Positions 49,272-62,263 of a stretch of DNA of 64,000 nucleotides are shown here, piece by piece. Position 1 is the stretch's first letter. The number at the start of each line of letters is the position of its first letter. The DNA comes from Euglena gracilis (taxonomy: Eukaryota), in the NCBI GenBank assembly GCA_039621445.1, contig CP154954.1, forward strand, positions 20,260,642 through 20,324,641, in the 5' to 3' direction. Position numbers and translations under genes: made by a program. The notes under the pieces are model-generated. The model did not search any database. It was not told the DNA's origin and worked only from the letters and a program-made list of their open reading frames with translations.

Positions 49272-52200
49272 GAGTACTCCCGGGAAGTCTGACCAGGGAG
49301 GAAGTGACCATGAGGTCGGAGCACAAGAGGGGGGTGAGATCCTGCTTTGTGTGCCGGCTGTTTTGTTGTTTTTGTGTTCTTCTTGGCGGGGTACTTCTTA
49401 CTTCGACTTTGGTGCCGGAGTTGGCGATGATGTGCTCTCCGACACCGACTTGCCGAAGGTCAACCGCAGGGCTCCCCGGCCTGTGTGCAGGGGCGTTCTT
49501 GCCCCCCCCCCCCTGGAGGAGGATGCTTTCCTTTTCTGGGTGGGTTGGGTGGGCTCACCCCCCTCTTGTGCTCCGCCCTCATGGTCACTCCCTCCCTGGT
49601 CAGACTTCCTGGGAGTACTCGACCATTCGGGCTTCGCACACTCTGGGGGTGAGACGTTGTGCACGACCCCCTTTTCAAATTTTCTCGTTGCGGAATCCAC
49701 CGCCCCCAACCGTAAATAATGAGCTGAAAAGGCTGTGAAATTTTTCCACTGACCCAGTACACACACCTCCTCACTGGACAGTCCCAATTTTTTGTACATC
49801 AAAACCCCAGCCCCCTGGTGCTGTGGGCTTTCCAGTGGGAAATTGGAATGCCAAAGGTTTCCAACAACTCCTTTGTCAAAGAGTTAATTCTGTTGGATGT
49901 CAAGGGCCTTTTGCCATCCAAACTCCACATCAGAGGGGCACCCTGGGGGATGAAAGATGTTCTTTTCACATATTCTCTCATCAAATGATATGGACTCAAA
50001 GATGGCAGTGAATCAATCTTCAACACCTGCTCCCACTTTGGTGAAGGCCAACCCTTTCTCCATACCAAAATGAAAAACTTTTCCCCCACCACTGAAATGG
50101 TTCTTTGGGTTCTTGCGGGGTCTACCCCCCTGTGAAGAGCCAAAAGTCTGAAGGACAGAATGATTCTCCACCTCAGCTCCATAAGGGACATGTCAGAAAC
50201 CCTTTCAGTGCTCTGCCATTTTCTCAAAATGGGTAATGGGTCCCAAAAGGCAGCATACCTCTGAACTGAACGATTCCATTCCTTTTTCACTTTTGTAAGT
50301 AAAGGGTGAAATCGAATGGTCTCCAACCCAGGTAAATATTGCAGGGAGGCATATGCAAATCGAGCATCAGCCTGTGAAAGTTTGTGTAGGTCCAACAGGG
50401 CAGTGGCCAGCTCCATCCTGGAGACTTGCAAGGGCTCCAATCCTTTCTGTTGCAAAATAACAAACAGTTTTCTGAAGACACTGTCATAACGCTTCAGGGT
50501 TCCCAAAGTCCTCAGGACATTTTCAATGTCTTGATGTGGCACCTTTTGCTGTTCCAAAAGGAACCTGATACCACTGTGCAAGCCAGGGGCCACTTTGGTC
50601 TTGGCATTGATTGCCCCCAACAATTCTTGAACATTCCCTCCCTGGGGGGTATGACCAACATTCGTGTCCCTGGTTTTGACATTTTGATTAATAGGGGCGA
50701 CCATGGACTCAAAACCCACATGGGTGTCACCAAAAGGCATTTCACCTGCTTGTTCAATCTCAGTCTGATGAGCCAAGGAAAAATCACTTTCCAGGGGTGG
50801 GTTGGCATAAACATCTCTGACTGAAGCCAGATCGCATTTCAATGCATCCACCAGAGAAGCTTAGTGGTGGGGCCATCTGGCTACAAACTTTTGGAATTTT
50901 GCATTTCCTGGAGATGCAAACATGTCTGTGTCTGGAGCAATGTCGGTTCTGAAAAGCTGCAGAATTTGGGTGAACAGGTTTGGGCACAGGGTAAAATCTC
51001 CCTTGTCCTGATCCCACCTTGTGAGTGCGTCTGCCAACATTTCTGCTGAAGGAACCCACTGGACCTGCAGTTGAACTTGGTTTTCCGAACACCAATGAAA
51101 TAGAGGTTCCAAAACCTGATAGAGGTGCTCTTTTCTTCCCCCCCCCCACTTGGTCAGATAACTTAGTGCCAATTGACTGTTCTCGTTTAACAGCACAGTT
51201 TCACCAGGCTGGGTAAAGGGTTTTACTGTCTGTACTGCTGCCATCAGCTCTTTCACATTTATATGTAAACAATTTTTCTCCCTCCAAAATTCTTGTATTA
51301 TTTGATTTTGGAAGGAGTCCACCCTCCATGCCCATGTGTAGGAGTCTGAATGGAGCACCATTTTTGCCAGTTGTAGGAAAGGTCTGCCCAGACCTGGTTG
51401 CAGGTATGTATTTAGGACTTTGATTTCCCCATTCAGGCTTTCTGGTATGTCGATGCAAAAATCCCAGCCCTTTTCCTGATGCAGCTGGCTGAACTTTAAG
51501 AGCTCCTGGGTTACCAATCTCAGAAATGGAAGAGCAGGGAGGTAACTTCTGATTTGTCCCAGAATGCTGGAAATCTTTCTGCAACTCAGTTTCTGGGCCA
51601 GAACCACCTTGCCCAGTTCCTTTCTGTGGTTTTTAATTTGTTGGGGGGCACCTCCAGCTGACCTTTTTCCAGATTGATGATGAACCCCAAATGTTGCAGC
51701 CTTTGGGTGGGAGTAAACACAGACTTTTTCTCGCTGACTTTGAACCCACCCTCCCCTAATGTGTTCAGCATTTTCAACAAATGCTTTTTTGCCAAATTTT
51801 CTGTTGAACCAAACAGAATGATGTCGTCCAAATAGACGAACACCTGCAATCCCTTTGATCGCCACAGTTTTGGCAGGACTTTCATTGGGGACATGAACAA
51901 TTTTTGGAGGGTGCTTAGGCCAAAACAGGCCCCCTGAAACTCCCACAGGTCTGGTCCCACCTGAATTCTGACAAATTTTTTGAAATCTTTTTCCAGACCC
52001 AGACGAAAGTAGGCATCTTTCAAGCCCATTTTGACTGCCCAATCCCCTTTTTTCAGGGCGGGAAAATGGTGGACATGTTTTCCAAAGTGAACTTTTCTGG
52101 ACAGCAAAATTGACTTAGATCTCGACAATCTGTGATAAGTCGATGCTTGACCCCCTCCCTTTCTGATTTGGACAACACAAACCAAGGTACTAGGTGAGCA

Positions 52201-53932
52201 GTGTCTGTGGCCATTTCCAATTTTTTGGTTGCCCCACTTTCTTGGTACTCCCTGGGGTAGAGGGTGGTCTGGCTGAAAACCATTTTAAATTAGTGATACT
52301 ACCCACTGGCTTGCATTTTTCTGCCACCTTTTCTCAGTCTCTGAAACAGTGGTAACCCCAGCCATGCCCTTTCTCTGAATTCCAACCCTTGAAGGATACC
52401 TTTCTCCCATTCCTGTGCGGGAGACTGGTGTGGGCCAGGTTCCTGGTTCCAGGAGCCCTTGCCAGACTGGTGATGGCATCTAGGCAGGGGTCAGCAGGGG
52501 GATTACCCCCTCCTTGGAGATCAGCTGGGGGGTCTCTCCCCCACTTCATCTTTGTTCTGGCTTGCCCATCATGGGCACCAGGGGCCTGTAAGCCCTGACT
52601 CCTTCTGTGCTTGGCTTTGTTGGTTTCACCCCCTCTTGGGGTCTTTATTCTTCAGGCCTTCCCCTTGCCTTTCCTGAGGAAAATGGTGGGGAGACAGCGG
52701 ATTACAGAGATTATTCAGACCCTTTGGACCACCCTGGTCTCCACTGGCTGCCATAGCCCTTTCCTCTCCCAGACTTGAATCGGCTGCCATAGCCTTTGCC
52801 TTTGCCAAACTTGAACTAAAATCCTTTGTTCCCTGTGGGAATGGGAAAATGAGACATAGAATGTCTGGAGAAGGCTGGTGCCAAGCCTGCTTGATTCAGA
52901 GCCCATTGGGCTTTGTCAACTGCCAAATCTTCCTTGGAGAACAGCCCGTTGTTTGTACTTGGGATTGCCCCTGGAATGCTGCACTTCTTCCTCTCCTTCA
53001 GCAGCGTCTGCTCCAGCTCTGCTACAGCAAAAAAAACAGTTGTTGTGCTAATATTTGATAATCTGCTTCCACACTGCCATAAAGGCATGCCACCATCCTC
53101 TCCAGGTGCAACATCTTTTTCTGCCATGCCTTCAGCTGCTTTTCCCAGGCCCCTTTTCCATCTGAACCATAATTATTATCTTCCGCTCTTACTTTTATCC
53201 CCTGATTCCTTGGTAGCTCCCCCAGCACCATTTTCCACGGTAGTCGATCTCCTTTTTCGGCGTGCCGAAGGCACGCTGCCAGCTCTGGCGCCGGCGCCAG
53301 TTCCTCCTGCCAGGGGAGCCGTTCGTCCGCCTCGTCGTTGTCGTTGTACTCCTCGTCTTCTCCGTCCTCCTCCATCGCGGACCGCTCCGCTCTCTGCGTC
53401 ATCCCCTTGTCTTTCTTCGAACTCTTCTCCAGCCAACGCTCAGCCAACTTTAACGCCACGTCCGCTGCTGTCTGCCCCAAGTCGATCAGTGGTACTTCCA
53501 CACTCCCTGCTAATGCCACCGAGTACAAGAACGAATTCCTGTAGTCTCCGACTTGGCTGGAGACAATCGCCACCTGTGTCAGCTCGTGGACCTTCTTTGC
53601 ACGCTTCGTAGTGTGCCCTCCGCCGCCAAGCCAGTTTTGCCCGGACGCGATGATGGCGACGAGGGATTCCGGGGACGATTCTGCCAATAGTTTCGCCACG
53701 TTGCCCTCGTTGAAGAATAGCTCTCCCCACGAATTGTTGAATATGACTTCATCCTCGGATGTCAATTTCTCTGCGTACGTTGCCACCTGATGTTGTCGAA
53801 GGACGTTAATATCCGCCAACTCCGGCACCAAAAAGCAGTACGAAGCACCCCGCCAAAAAACAACACAAACAACAGGACAGCCGGCACACAAAGCAGGATC
53901 TCACCCCCAGAGTGTGCGAAGCCCGAATGGTC
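49272..53932 (-). mobile_element. DIRS1-like copy C (full length, degenerate)
   Basis: Same termini (gagtactccc... / ...cccgaatggtc), ITRs and ICR (~49555-49655). gag, RT YLDD, RNase H, MTase and YR are broken by frameshifts and stops. Confidence 0.92.
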
Positions 53933-53949
53933 ATTCAAAACAAGGGGGG

Positions 53950-54358
53950 ACCCTCAGAGGGGTCATTTTTTTCCAGTTCGGGGGACCCCCGGACCCCCCC
54001 CCCCCCTGGGGGGAGGGGTCTAGCTAGTCCATTTTTTCCAGTGTTCAGCCGATTGGCTGACCAGTCCCCCCCCGGGGTCCTTAAGCAAATGCCTGGCTGG
54101 GGTTTCTTGCTGGGGGGGGCCAGCAAGAAACCAGAAACAAGAACCAGAAACAAGAAGGTTTTTAATAGGTTTTGGGCGATTTTGTTCCAAAAATTCCCAA
54201 AAATGGTATTTTTGGGGGTTAAAAAAATTTTCGGCGCTTCGCGCCGGACACCGGAAAAAATTTTCCACTGGCTAGAAATCCCACCAGCCAAATTTGGACT
54301 AGCTGCAGTCCAGCCCCCCCCCGGGGGGGGGTACTGCAACCCCTTAAGCACATGCCTG
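53950..54358. mobile_element. Two partial family-1 MITE ends
   Basis: 53950-54095 matches the 3' half of 3922-4195 (ends ccttaagcaaatgcctg). ~54230-54358 is the reverse complement of its 5' half (ends ccttaagcacatgcctg). Confidence 0.7.
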
Positions 54359-55786
54359 ACCCCAGCAGCGCCCCCCAGCTCCTCAAGGTGCGCACTGACA
54401 CTTTGTTGACCAAAAAAATGATAAAAAAAGTGACAAAATAAAAAGTCCCCTCCACCCCTCAGACACAAATATTTATCCCCCAAAACCCAAAATTTTATCT
54501 CCCGAAAAAGGGGGGAACCGCATTTTTTCTGGTTTTTTTTGCATTTTTCCTTTTTGGTGAAATCGCTCTTCTGTGTTTTTTTCCCCAGTGATTTTTGAAT
54601 CTCTTGCTGGAAAAATTTAGACTGAGAAAAATTCTGTCTTCTGACCCCTATTTCAACAGGCTAACTACCATCTATCCCCGACCGCATGCCTGCAAAGCAA
54701 AAACAAAACCGCAGCACCCACTCACATCAAAGCCAATCCAGGATGACAAACAGACTGCAATGACAGAATTTTGGAAGGGCGGGTGAGCCCATCACTGCGC
54801 AGTCAGACACGTCAGCAGGAGCCAAGCCCGAGCGACTTGTCTACAGCAGAAGGATGGCAGCCTCTGTCGTGTGTTTTGGTTCCCAAAAAACTCCGCTTCA
54901 GAGAAGGTAGAAGGGGGTGTTCCCTTTTCTAACATATTTTTTGAACCCTCCCAACGAGTTTTTTTTTTTAGCACCGGGCGCTCCGGACCAACCACCACTG
55001 GCGCATCAACACCCACCCCCGAGGGGGGGCCACCCAAGAGGGGGGGGCCACCCAAGAGGGGGGGGGGCTTGGGGGATCCACTTTTGGGGGTTTCAATTTG
55101 GGGTCCAATTTTTAGGCACTTTCCACCAAAAATAGCCCCCCCCCCCCCTCCCGGGGCAGCCACTCTGCCCCCCTCTGGGGGGAGGGCAGATCCACGCACC
55201 TCCGACCCCCCAGGTTTTGGGGTGGGCAGTGCTATGCCACATCCCCCGGCGGAGGTGGAAAGATGGCCAAAAAGGGTATTTTTAGGCACCGGGACCCAAA
55301 ATTGACCCCCCCTTGGAGGGGGATGAGGCTGTTATGGGCAGGCACCCCATGACAAGGCCCCCCGGTTGGTAAAAAGAATCCCATTTGTGTTGGAGTTTTT
55401 TTTTTCCGGTGGGGGGGGGGGGCGACTTTCCTTCAAAAGAAGCCGCACACCAAACAACCTGCCCACTCGAAACGCATGTGTTAACCTAATGTCAATGATT
55501 TGTTTGTAGATAAGGCAATAATGTGCAAACAATCAGAGGCCGGCATCGCCACAGAAACAAAGACCACAGAGGCAGAAAAAGCAACTGGTGCAGCCAAGGA
55601 ATGCCAGCCATACAGGGGTTCAGCACTGCACCATTTCCAAACAAAAACGAACGAAAACAACGACGATGGGGCGGGGGGGAACCACCTCCAATTACCGACC
55701 ACCCCACAGTCAGGGGTTGAAGGGGACCAAGGAAAAATAGGGGTTTTTTGGCACCCCCCCCCCGGTCAGGGGTTGCAGGTCAGGCC

Positions 55787-55944
55787 CAGGGGTTTTTTTA
55801 AGACTGGGCACACCCCACCCACCCACCCCCTGGGGGGGGGGGTCCCGGGGGACCCACAAAAAAACGGGGGGGGGGGCTCGGCCGGACCCACCCACCCTAC
55901 CCCCCCCCTCCCCCCCGGGGGGTCCACGACTAAAAAAACCCCTG
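55787..55944. mobile_element. hAT-like MITE
   Basis: TIRs cagggggtttttttaag / ctaaaaaaacccctg. Perfect TSD gtcaggcc. Related to 59179-59354. Confidence 0.9.
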
Positions 55945-56241
55945 GTCAGGCCCCCAGCTTTGGGGGGGTTGGACCAGGAGGCACCCAAAAGAAAACTCCG
56001 AAGGCGCCGAAGGAAAAATTTGACCTCAACATCGGCAACATCGGCGACCCCGGAAATACGGGAAAGCCTGGTGGGGGGGGGGGTCAGACCCCCCGACTAC
56101 CACCCATAGGGTTGCAGGGATTCCCGTACAGCCCTCCCTTGTCGGGGTTGTCGGACCCAAACAAGAAATGCAAATTGCCAAGCCGGCCAAGGGGAAAGGA
56201 AGTGAAAGTTTCTCAACCCAGTTGGCGAAAAGACTGCCCAT

Positions 56242-56630
56242 CAGGCTTTTGCTTAAGGACCCCGGGGGGGGGGGGGGGGGGGTACTGGCTAGCCAATCGG
56301 CTGGACACTGGAAAAAATGGACTAGCTAGACCCCTCCCCCCCGGGGGGGGGGGGGGGGGTTGCGGGGGTCCCCCCAACTGGAAAAAAAATTTCTGCGCGC
56401 CGAGGTGGAAATGAGGTTTTTAATAGGTTTTTGGCTGATCTTGTTCCAAAAATTCCCAAAAATGGCCAAAAACGGGCATTTTTGGCCATTTTTGGGGGTC
56501 CCAAGAAAAATTCCGGCACTTCACGCCGGTCACTGGAAAAAAAAATTTCCACTAGCTAGCTAGCTAGCTAGCCCTGCCAGCAGACCCCCTGGGGGGGGGG
56601 GGGGACTGCAATCCCTTAAGCAGAACCCTG
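56242..56630. mobile_element. hAT-like MITE (family 1), opposite orientation to 3922-4195
   Basis: TIRs caggcttttgcttaagg / cccttaagcagaaccctg. Perfect 8-bp TSD ctgcccat on both sides. The interior is reverse-complement homologous to 3922-4195. Confidence 0.92.
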
Positions 56631-57695
56631 CTGCCCATAGCTTCAGTTTGCAATCGGAATGTGGTTTTCAACATGTCACTCATTTTGAAATCATCCAAAG
56701 GTTGCCGGTGGAAAGGAAAAGAATGTTCTCATGTTGCCCATAAAGGTCTATGCATTTTGCAAATGTGAAGAACCAGGAGGATGGGGCTAATCATGTTGCT
56801 GCCGTTGGAATGTTGAATCGAATGCAAACTTTGTCCAGAAGTTGCAATTTGTGTATCCCCCGGGACAATCTTGCAGGGCTAGCACGTGGAAAAAATTTTC
56901 CTGTGACCAGCGCGAAGCACCGAAATATTAAAAAAAAAATAAGGTAAAAGATAAAATTTCAGGACCCAAAACTGGCCAAAAATGCCCATTTTTGGCCCAT
57001 TTTGGAACTTTTTTGGAACAAAGTTAGCAAAATTTCCAATTGGGGGGGGGGCAAACCTGGGGGGGGAGAAAATTTCTCAGACTGCAGAAATAAGCATTTT
57101 GTTAACCAAAAAGTGCCAAAAATGCCAAAATATTGACAAGATTTTTTGTCTCGGGGGGGAAAGAGGGCCAAAACGAGGAATATCAAAATATCCTCATCAA
57201 AATATTTATCCAGGAAAAAAACTCAAAAAAACACAAAAAACACAAATTTTGTCAAATTGAAAAACGAAAAAAAACGCGGTCGTTAGACAAGAGGGGTGGA
57301 CCCCAGGCAGTCTTCTTTGACCCCCCCCATGCCCATTGACCAGACTGGGATCGGGAGAGTCTCCGACGTGTGACTTGGGGCTGCCACTCGATGTGTCGTT
57401 CTCCCTCTCCACAGTGTCGTTCTCTTTCTCTCGCGAAGCACAGAAAGAAGACAAAAACACTTGCTTTATGACTTGCGAGGAGAAAACATACAACAAACAA
57501 ATTTTTTGGATGGAAAATTTTTAAAAAAAACTTGCCGATGCACACCGATGCACAAGCCCTTTGATTTTGAGAAAGATGAGGAGAAAAGCAATGCCGAAAT
57601 CTGGAAAATGCCCCCACCTATTAACTCAAATGCCTCAAAAATGTTTGGAGATGATACCTCCCCCCGTCTAAGGATCAGAAAAGATGGGTAAGAAC

Positions 57696-57965
57696 CAGGC
57701 TTCTTTTTAAGACCCCCGGGGGGGGGGGAGGGGGAGGGTCCCCCCACCCACCCAGGGTGGCGCGGGACCCCCCCCCCGGGGGGGCGGGGACCCCCCCCAA
57801 AATCGGGCCCGTTAAAAGCAATTTTCAAAATTTTTCGGCGCTTTGCGCCGAAAAGGTATACCCAGCGCCTCCGGCGCGGGACCCCCCCCGGGGGGGGGGT
57901 CCGGCCCGGACCCACCAACCCCCCCCCCCCCCAGGGGGGAGTCTGCTGACTCAAAAAGAAGCCTG
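57696..57965. mobile_element. hAT-like MITE
   Basis: TIRs caggcttcttttt / aaaaagaagcctg. Perfect TSD gtaagaac. Confidence 0.9.
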
Positions 57966-59178
57966 GTAAGAACAAGGGGGTGGTGCTTAATTTGCCAAAA
58001 CATGGGTAAGAAACAGCGGGGGGGGGGTGCTTAGACAAAGGGGAAAATGATTTGGCTCCCAAGAAAAATCCGTCACTTTGCGCCAAAGAAAAATCCACCT
58101 TATTTTGGATACCGGGGGGGAAAAAATCTGACCGGGAACAATTGCCGACGAGAAAAAATTCTGCCGGGAAAAATATTGGACGAATCCTTAAAATGCCGGG
58201 AAAAATCCTGAACGCTCGCTTAAACCAGGTGGGAAAAAATATTGGACAGCTAAAAAAAAAACCGCAAAGGTTTTTCGCCGACCAGAATGAGAAAGCATGG
58301 CTGCGCTTGGTAAAAACCAAAAAAAAGTACATTCCGCTGGGGTAGTAAAACCGCCGTGTTGACAGACACGAAACGGTTTCTTGTGCACAACTTATACACA
58401 GGGTCTCTTTGGGGCGGAGTGCAACACCGATTCCCCAGAGGAAGAAATATTCCTGTTGCAAATCGGCACGCAGCGCCGAAGATTTTTTTGGGGGGGTCAT
58501 TCACTGGAGGAAATTGGACTTTCCTTAAATCTGCCGGGAAAAATCCTGGACGGATCCTTAAAAAGGTGGGAAAAATCCTGGACAAAATTTCGTCCAGAAT
58601 TTTTCCCACAACATTTTTTCCCGCACAAGTTTCCCCCCCCCCCGGTATACAGTGTATAGGCATGTGTCCAGGAATGTACAGGCATTTATCTGTGGTGACC
58701 CCTGACATGCAACCCCTGACCAGGGGGTGGTCGTATTGGTCGTATTCCCAAATGCCAAAAAAATCCGACTTTCCAAGGCCACCAACAACCCCTGACCACG
58801 AGGGGGGGGGGTCGTGCACACCCCCTGACGTGCAACCCCCGAATGGGTGGCAGTCGGGGAACACAGGTGGTCGGGGGCAAGTGGTGGGGGCGGGTGACGT
58901 AATGCCATCCTATCCTTCAAAATCTGCTGGTGATGGAGCAGTGCAAGGACGTTGTGCTGATTGGCAAACCGCATCAAACCACCGTCATCGGCAACGGTGC
59001 GGGCAGCCGATGCAACGTGGCAAAGCCCTCAGACGCATCGGTCCATGCGCTGCATCATACGCATCGCAAGCCAACCAAGGCAGTGCCATACGTTGCCGGT
59101 AAACCCAGCCAGGGCTGCCGAGATGAACAACAGTCCTAAATGCACACTCCTCTATCGCAACAGTGAATGGGTTTGCAG

Positions 59179-59354
59179 CAGGGGTTTTTTAAGGCCGGGG
59201 GGAGGGGGTTCCCCCCCCACCCACCCACCCCCTGGGGGTCCCGGGGGGACCCACAAAAAATCGCGAAAAGTGCTGAAATAGTATATCCCAACAGACCCAC
59301 CCACCCTGCCCCCCCTCCCCCCCCCCCGGGGGTCCACGACTAAAAAGATCCCTG
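59179..59354. mobile_element. hAT-like MITE
   Basis: TIRs cagggg-ttttttaag / ctaaaaagatccctg. Perfect TSD gtttgcag. Confidence 0.9.
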
Positions 59355-60481
59355 GTTTGCAGCCTCCCATGCAATTATACCCAGCCTATTTGTTTTGGGC
59401 AGCACCTCCCCTCCTTGTGGCCGCCAAGAGCGGAAAATCCCCTGAGAAAAATGTTTCTTTGGTGTATACTTTCCTCATCCACTTCTGCCATTGACAAGGC
59501 AGTGATTGGAAAAGGTAAAAAACCTGCAAGGTCTTGGTCTGGATCATTTTGAGGTGCTTCTACCAACTTTGAACAATTGTGAATTGCTGGCCAGAATCCC
59601 ACTTAGGAATTCACTTGACTTTACGCTAAAGAATTGAGAAACCCCACTGGGAGATTCTGGTTTGCCTCCCCTGTGACAAAAGAGCAGCAATCACCCCCCA
59701 AAAAAGTCCCCCCCAAAAAAACCCCTGGGCCAATCGAGCAAAATTCCAAAAATAAGACCCCCCATGAATATTTCGCCCCCCCCCCCTCCTGACAGGTGAA
59801 ACGTTTGCCCGAAAAATTACCAAAAACCTCAATTTCATGCACAAAATTATGAAGTTTTAAAATTGTCAGATTTTTGAAGTGCAAAAAAGCATAGGAAGTT
59901 TCAACATGTATCAATTTACAAATGGCGCGAAGCGCTGGTGGAAAAATTTTACTGATTTGGGGAACTTCATAAAAGATGTTTTTTTTTTCATGTCCGGGTC
60001 TGTCAAGAAAAAAATCAGAAATAAACCCCCCCAAAAATAAGACCCTGGAGGTTTCCAGCAACGGACCCCAAAACAAGCTGTGAGCAATTCCAATCTTTCA
60101 TTTGGGGTGATATTTTCCTTTAAAAAACCATGCAATGGAAAAATGCCAGTCAACAAAGACGGAGGCAGGGGGGCAGGTTCCCAATGAGTCCGAGCCAGAG
60201 GGGAAAAATCGACATTTATTGACCCAACAGCGACACAAGAGTCAAAACTTTCCTTGTATTTATCAGAAGCCAGGATGCTTTACAATTTGTCCCACCGTGG
60301 AAAATGAATCATTGAAAAAAAATTCAAAATTTTCCGAAGAATGATTGAAAGGCAGGGTAGTAGGTAGGAGATCGTTTCCCAGAGCAGGTCAGCAAGTGCA
60401 AAGCATGGAGGACACGCGGGGAGGACATTGCGCGGTGTTCAAACCCTGGCCCAAAAAAAATATGTCTGTGCAGCCCTGCAC

Positions 60482-62224
60482 ACCACCAACACTGCCAGCA
60501 TCACCCCAAATGGAACGTACCAGGAGGTGGACAGCCGCCACCCCCAGGCAATGCCGTTTGCCAATGCCAAGGGGCACTCTATTGGGTCACGTCACCTCTT
60601 CCAAAAACCACTCAACTCCAGGGTTCAATGTGAGGGCAGGTGGGGCAGTGCCTGCCCGAGAGGCATGGGCCGTCTGCATGTCGATGAATCGGCTCAGGGC
60701 CTCCTCGAGGGCCGTGATGCGCGAGTCCACCACGGCCTGGAACCGTCGCTCCGCCGCCCCCACACGGGCCTGGAGCTTGTCAAACATCACACCCCTGGGC
60801 CGTGTCGGCGGGAGTCAGCGGAAAAGCAACAACCTGTTCGCTTCGAGGGGGGGGGGGGGCGGCCATATTATGCCATGAATATGAAACCCTTGAAATTTCC
60901 CAATTTGTATGTCTGGGTTTATTTGCGACGTTTCTGGAGAATTTGTCCTGGCCCTGGGAAAAATCCTAAAGCGGGCGCCTGCAGGGCTCCCAGTCTGGTC
61001 ACCGCGGGGGTTGAGGTGAAAACTCCTCCGGTGCCGAAGGCACTGAAAATTCAGCGGACCTGGAAAAGGCGGGAAGCAGGCTTTTGCTTGAAAACCCCGT
61101 GGTACTCCACTAGCGAGCCATTTTGCTAGAAAAAGCCAATATCCAGGACCGCCCAGAGGGGGGGGGGGCAGGGTAACGCCAACTGGACAAAAAAGTTTTC
61201 CTCTGGCGCTGTGCACTGAGGTGAAAATCAGGTTTTTAATGGTTGGGAAAATGCTGTTGGCCAGGGCTCAGGAGGTGTCCCTGGCTCGCAACCGAAAACA
61301 GGCAAGAAAGCCAGATCCAGCTGGGTTGGATTTTGCAAGCCAGGTTTTTGGAGTGAAACCAAAACAAATCAAAAGGGGCCATCCTTTGGGAATTTTCGAC
61401 CTTTTTCACGGTGTACCATTGCGGGGGGGGTCACACCTTTCGGAGAGGCTTTGCTGCGATAACTTTCTTTCACTCGACTCCGGGGGGGGGGGTCCGCAGC
61501 CTGATTGGGAACTGCTGGCTGGAAAAAAAGTGCTGGCTGGCTGGACGGTTGTTGTTGGGTCCCAGGTTGGGTCCCCTGCGTCAAACTCACCATTTACCAT
61601 GCGCATATGAAGCATGGTCCCAAAAAGAGCTTGTACTCGGAACTGCACAGCCCAGAGCATGCCCTCAACGGTGGCCTCCAGCACCCCCAAGCTTCCCTCC
61701 AGCTTGTGCCAGCTGTTGTGAGCAGGGCGGTCCACACAACGCATGAATCTCGGTGGAGGGGGGTGGGGGAAGGGTTCGATATAAAGAGAGGAGGGGGGGG
61801 TCTGCGGGCCAGGGGGGGGGTGGGGGGACACCCCCCCACCTAAACCACGTACACCCTCCTTATATCGAACCCTGGGTGGGGGGACCCACCTTTCCGTAAC
61901 TAGGGGGGTGGGGGGTTGGGGGAACCCCCCTCCTACCTCCAGTTTTCGGTCGCCGAAAATTTCGGCCATTTTTTGGGGTCAAAAAATCAATTCTTCGGCC
62001 TCCGAGGAGGCTCCGGGGAGGCTCCCCATGCGGCCCCCCTGGGGGCGCTCCGCGGTGGCAATGCGCTCCAGCAGGTGGCGGTTCTCCTCCGCCAGCGCCC
62101 CGGAGTTCAGCCGCTCGAGGGCCGCGAGGCGGTGGTCGAGGTCCGCCTCCAGCGTGGCGTGGAGGCGGTGCTCCAGGTGGTGGATCCGCCGCACACCGCT
62201 TTGCTCCCTTGGCGCACCAACCTC
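60482..62224 (-). CDS. Coiled-coil stalk + C-terminal transmembrane segment; possibly the C-terminal part of an ERGIC-53/Emp47-like L-type lectin (partial)
   Basis: Minus-strand exons 62224-62045, 61717-61659, 60788-60658 and 60539-60482 join in frame through non-canonical introns: EVGAPREQSGVRRIHHLEHRLHATLEADLDHRLAALERL...ATAER|NSWHKLEGSLGVLEATVEGM|MFDKLQARVGAAERRFQAVVDSRITALEEALSRF...ASR|RLSTSWYVPFGVMLAVLV. The lectin assignment rests on recalled resemblance only; no lectin domain is visible in the window. Confidence 0.6.
61770..61874. mobile_element. hAT-like MITE (family 2: CAGGGTTCGATATA...TATATCGAACCCTG)
   Basis: aagggttcgatataa / ttatatcgaaccctg with TSD ggtggggg on both sides. Relatives at 2737-2974, 12688-13052, 14475-14577 and 62230-63262. 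Confidence 0.85.
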
Positions 62225-62263
62225 CCGGGCAGGGTTCGATATAGGCAGGAGGGGGGGTCAGAC

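Noticed and set aside
59400-59500. Minus-strand WQKWMRKVYTKETFF as the cytosolic tail exon of the TM gene
   Set aside because: No convincing in-frame junction was found, and the FF is not terminal in the sequence as given.
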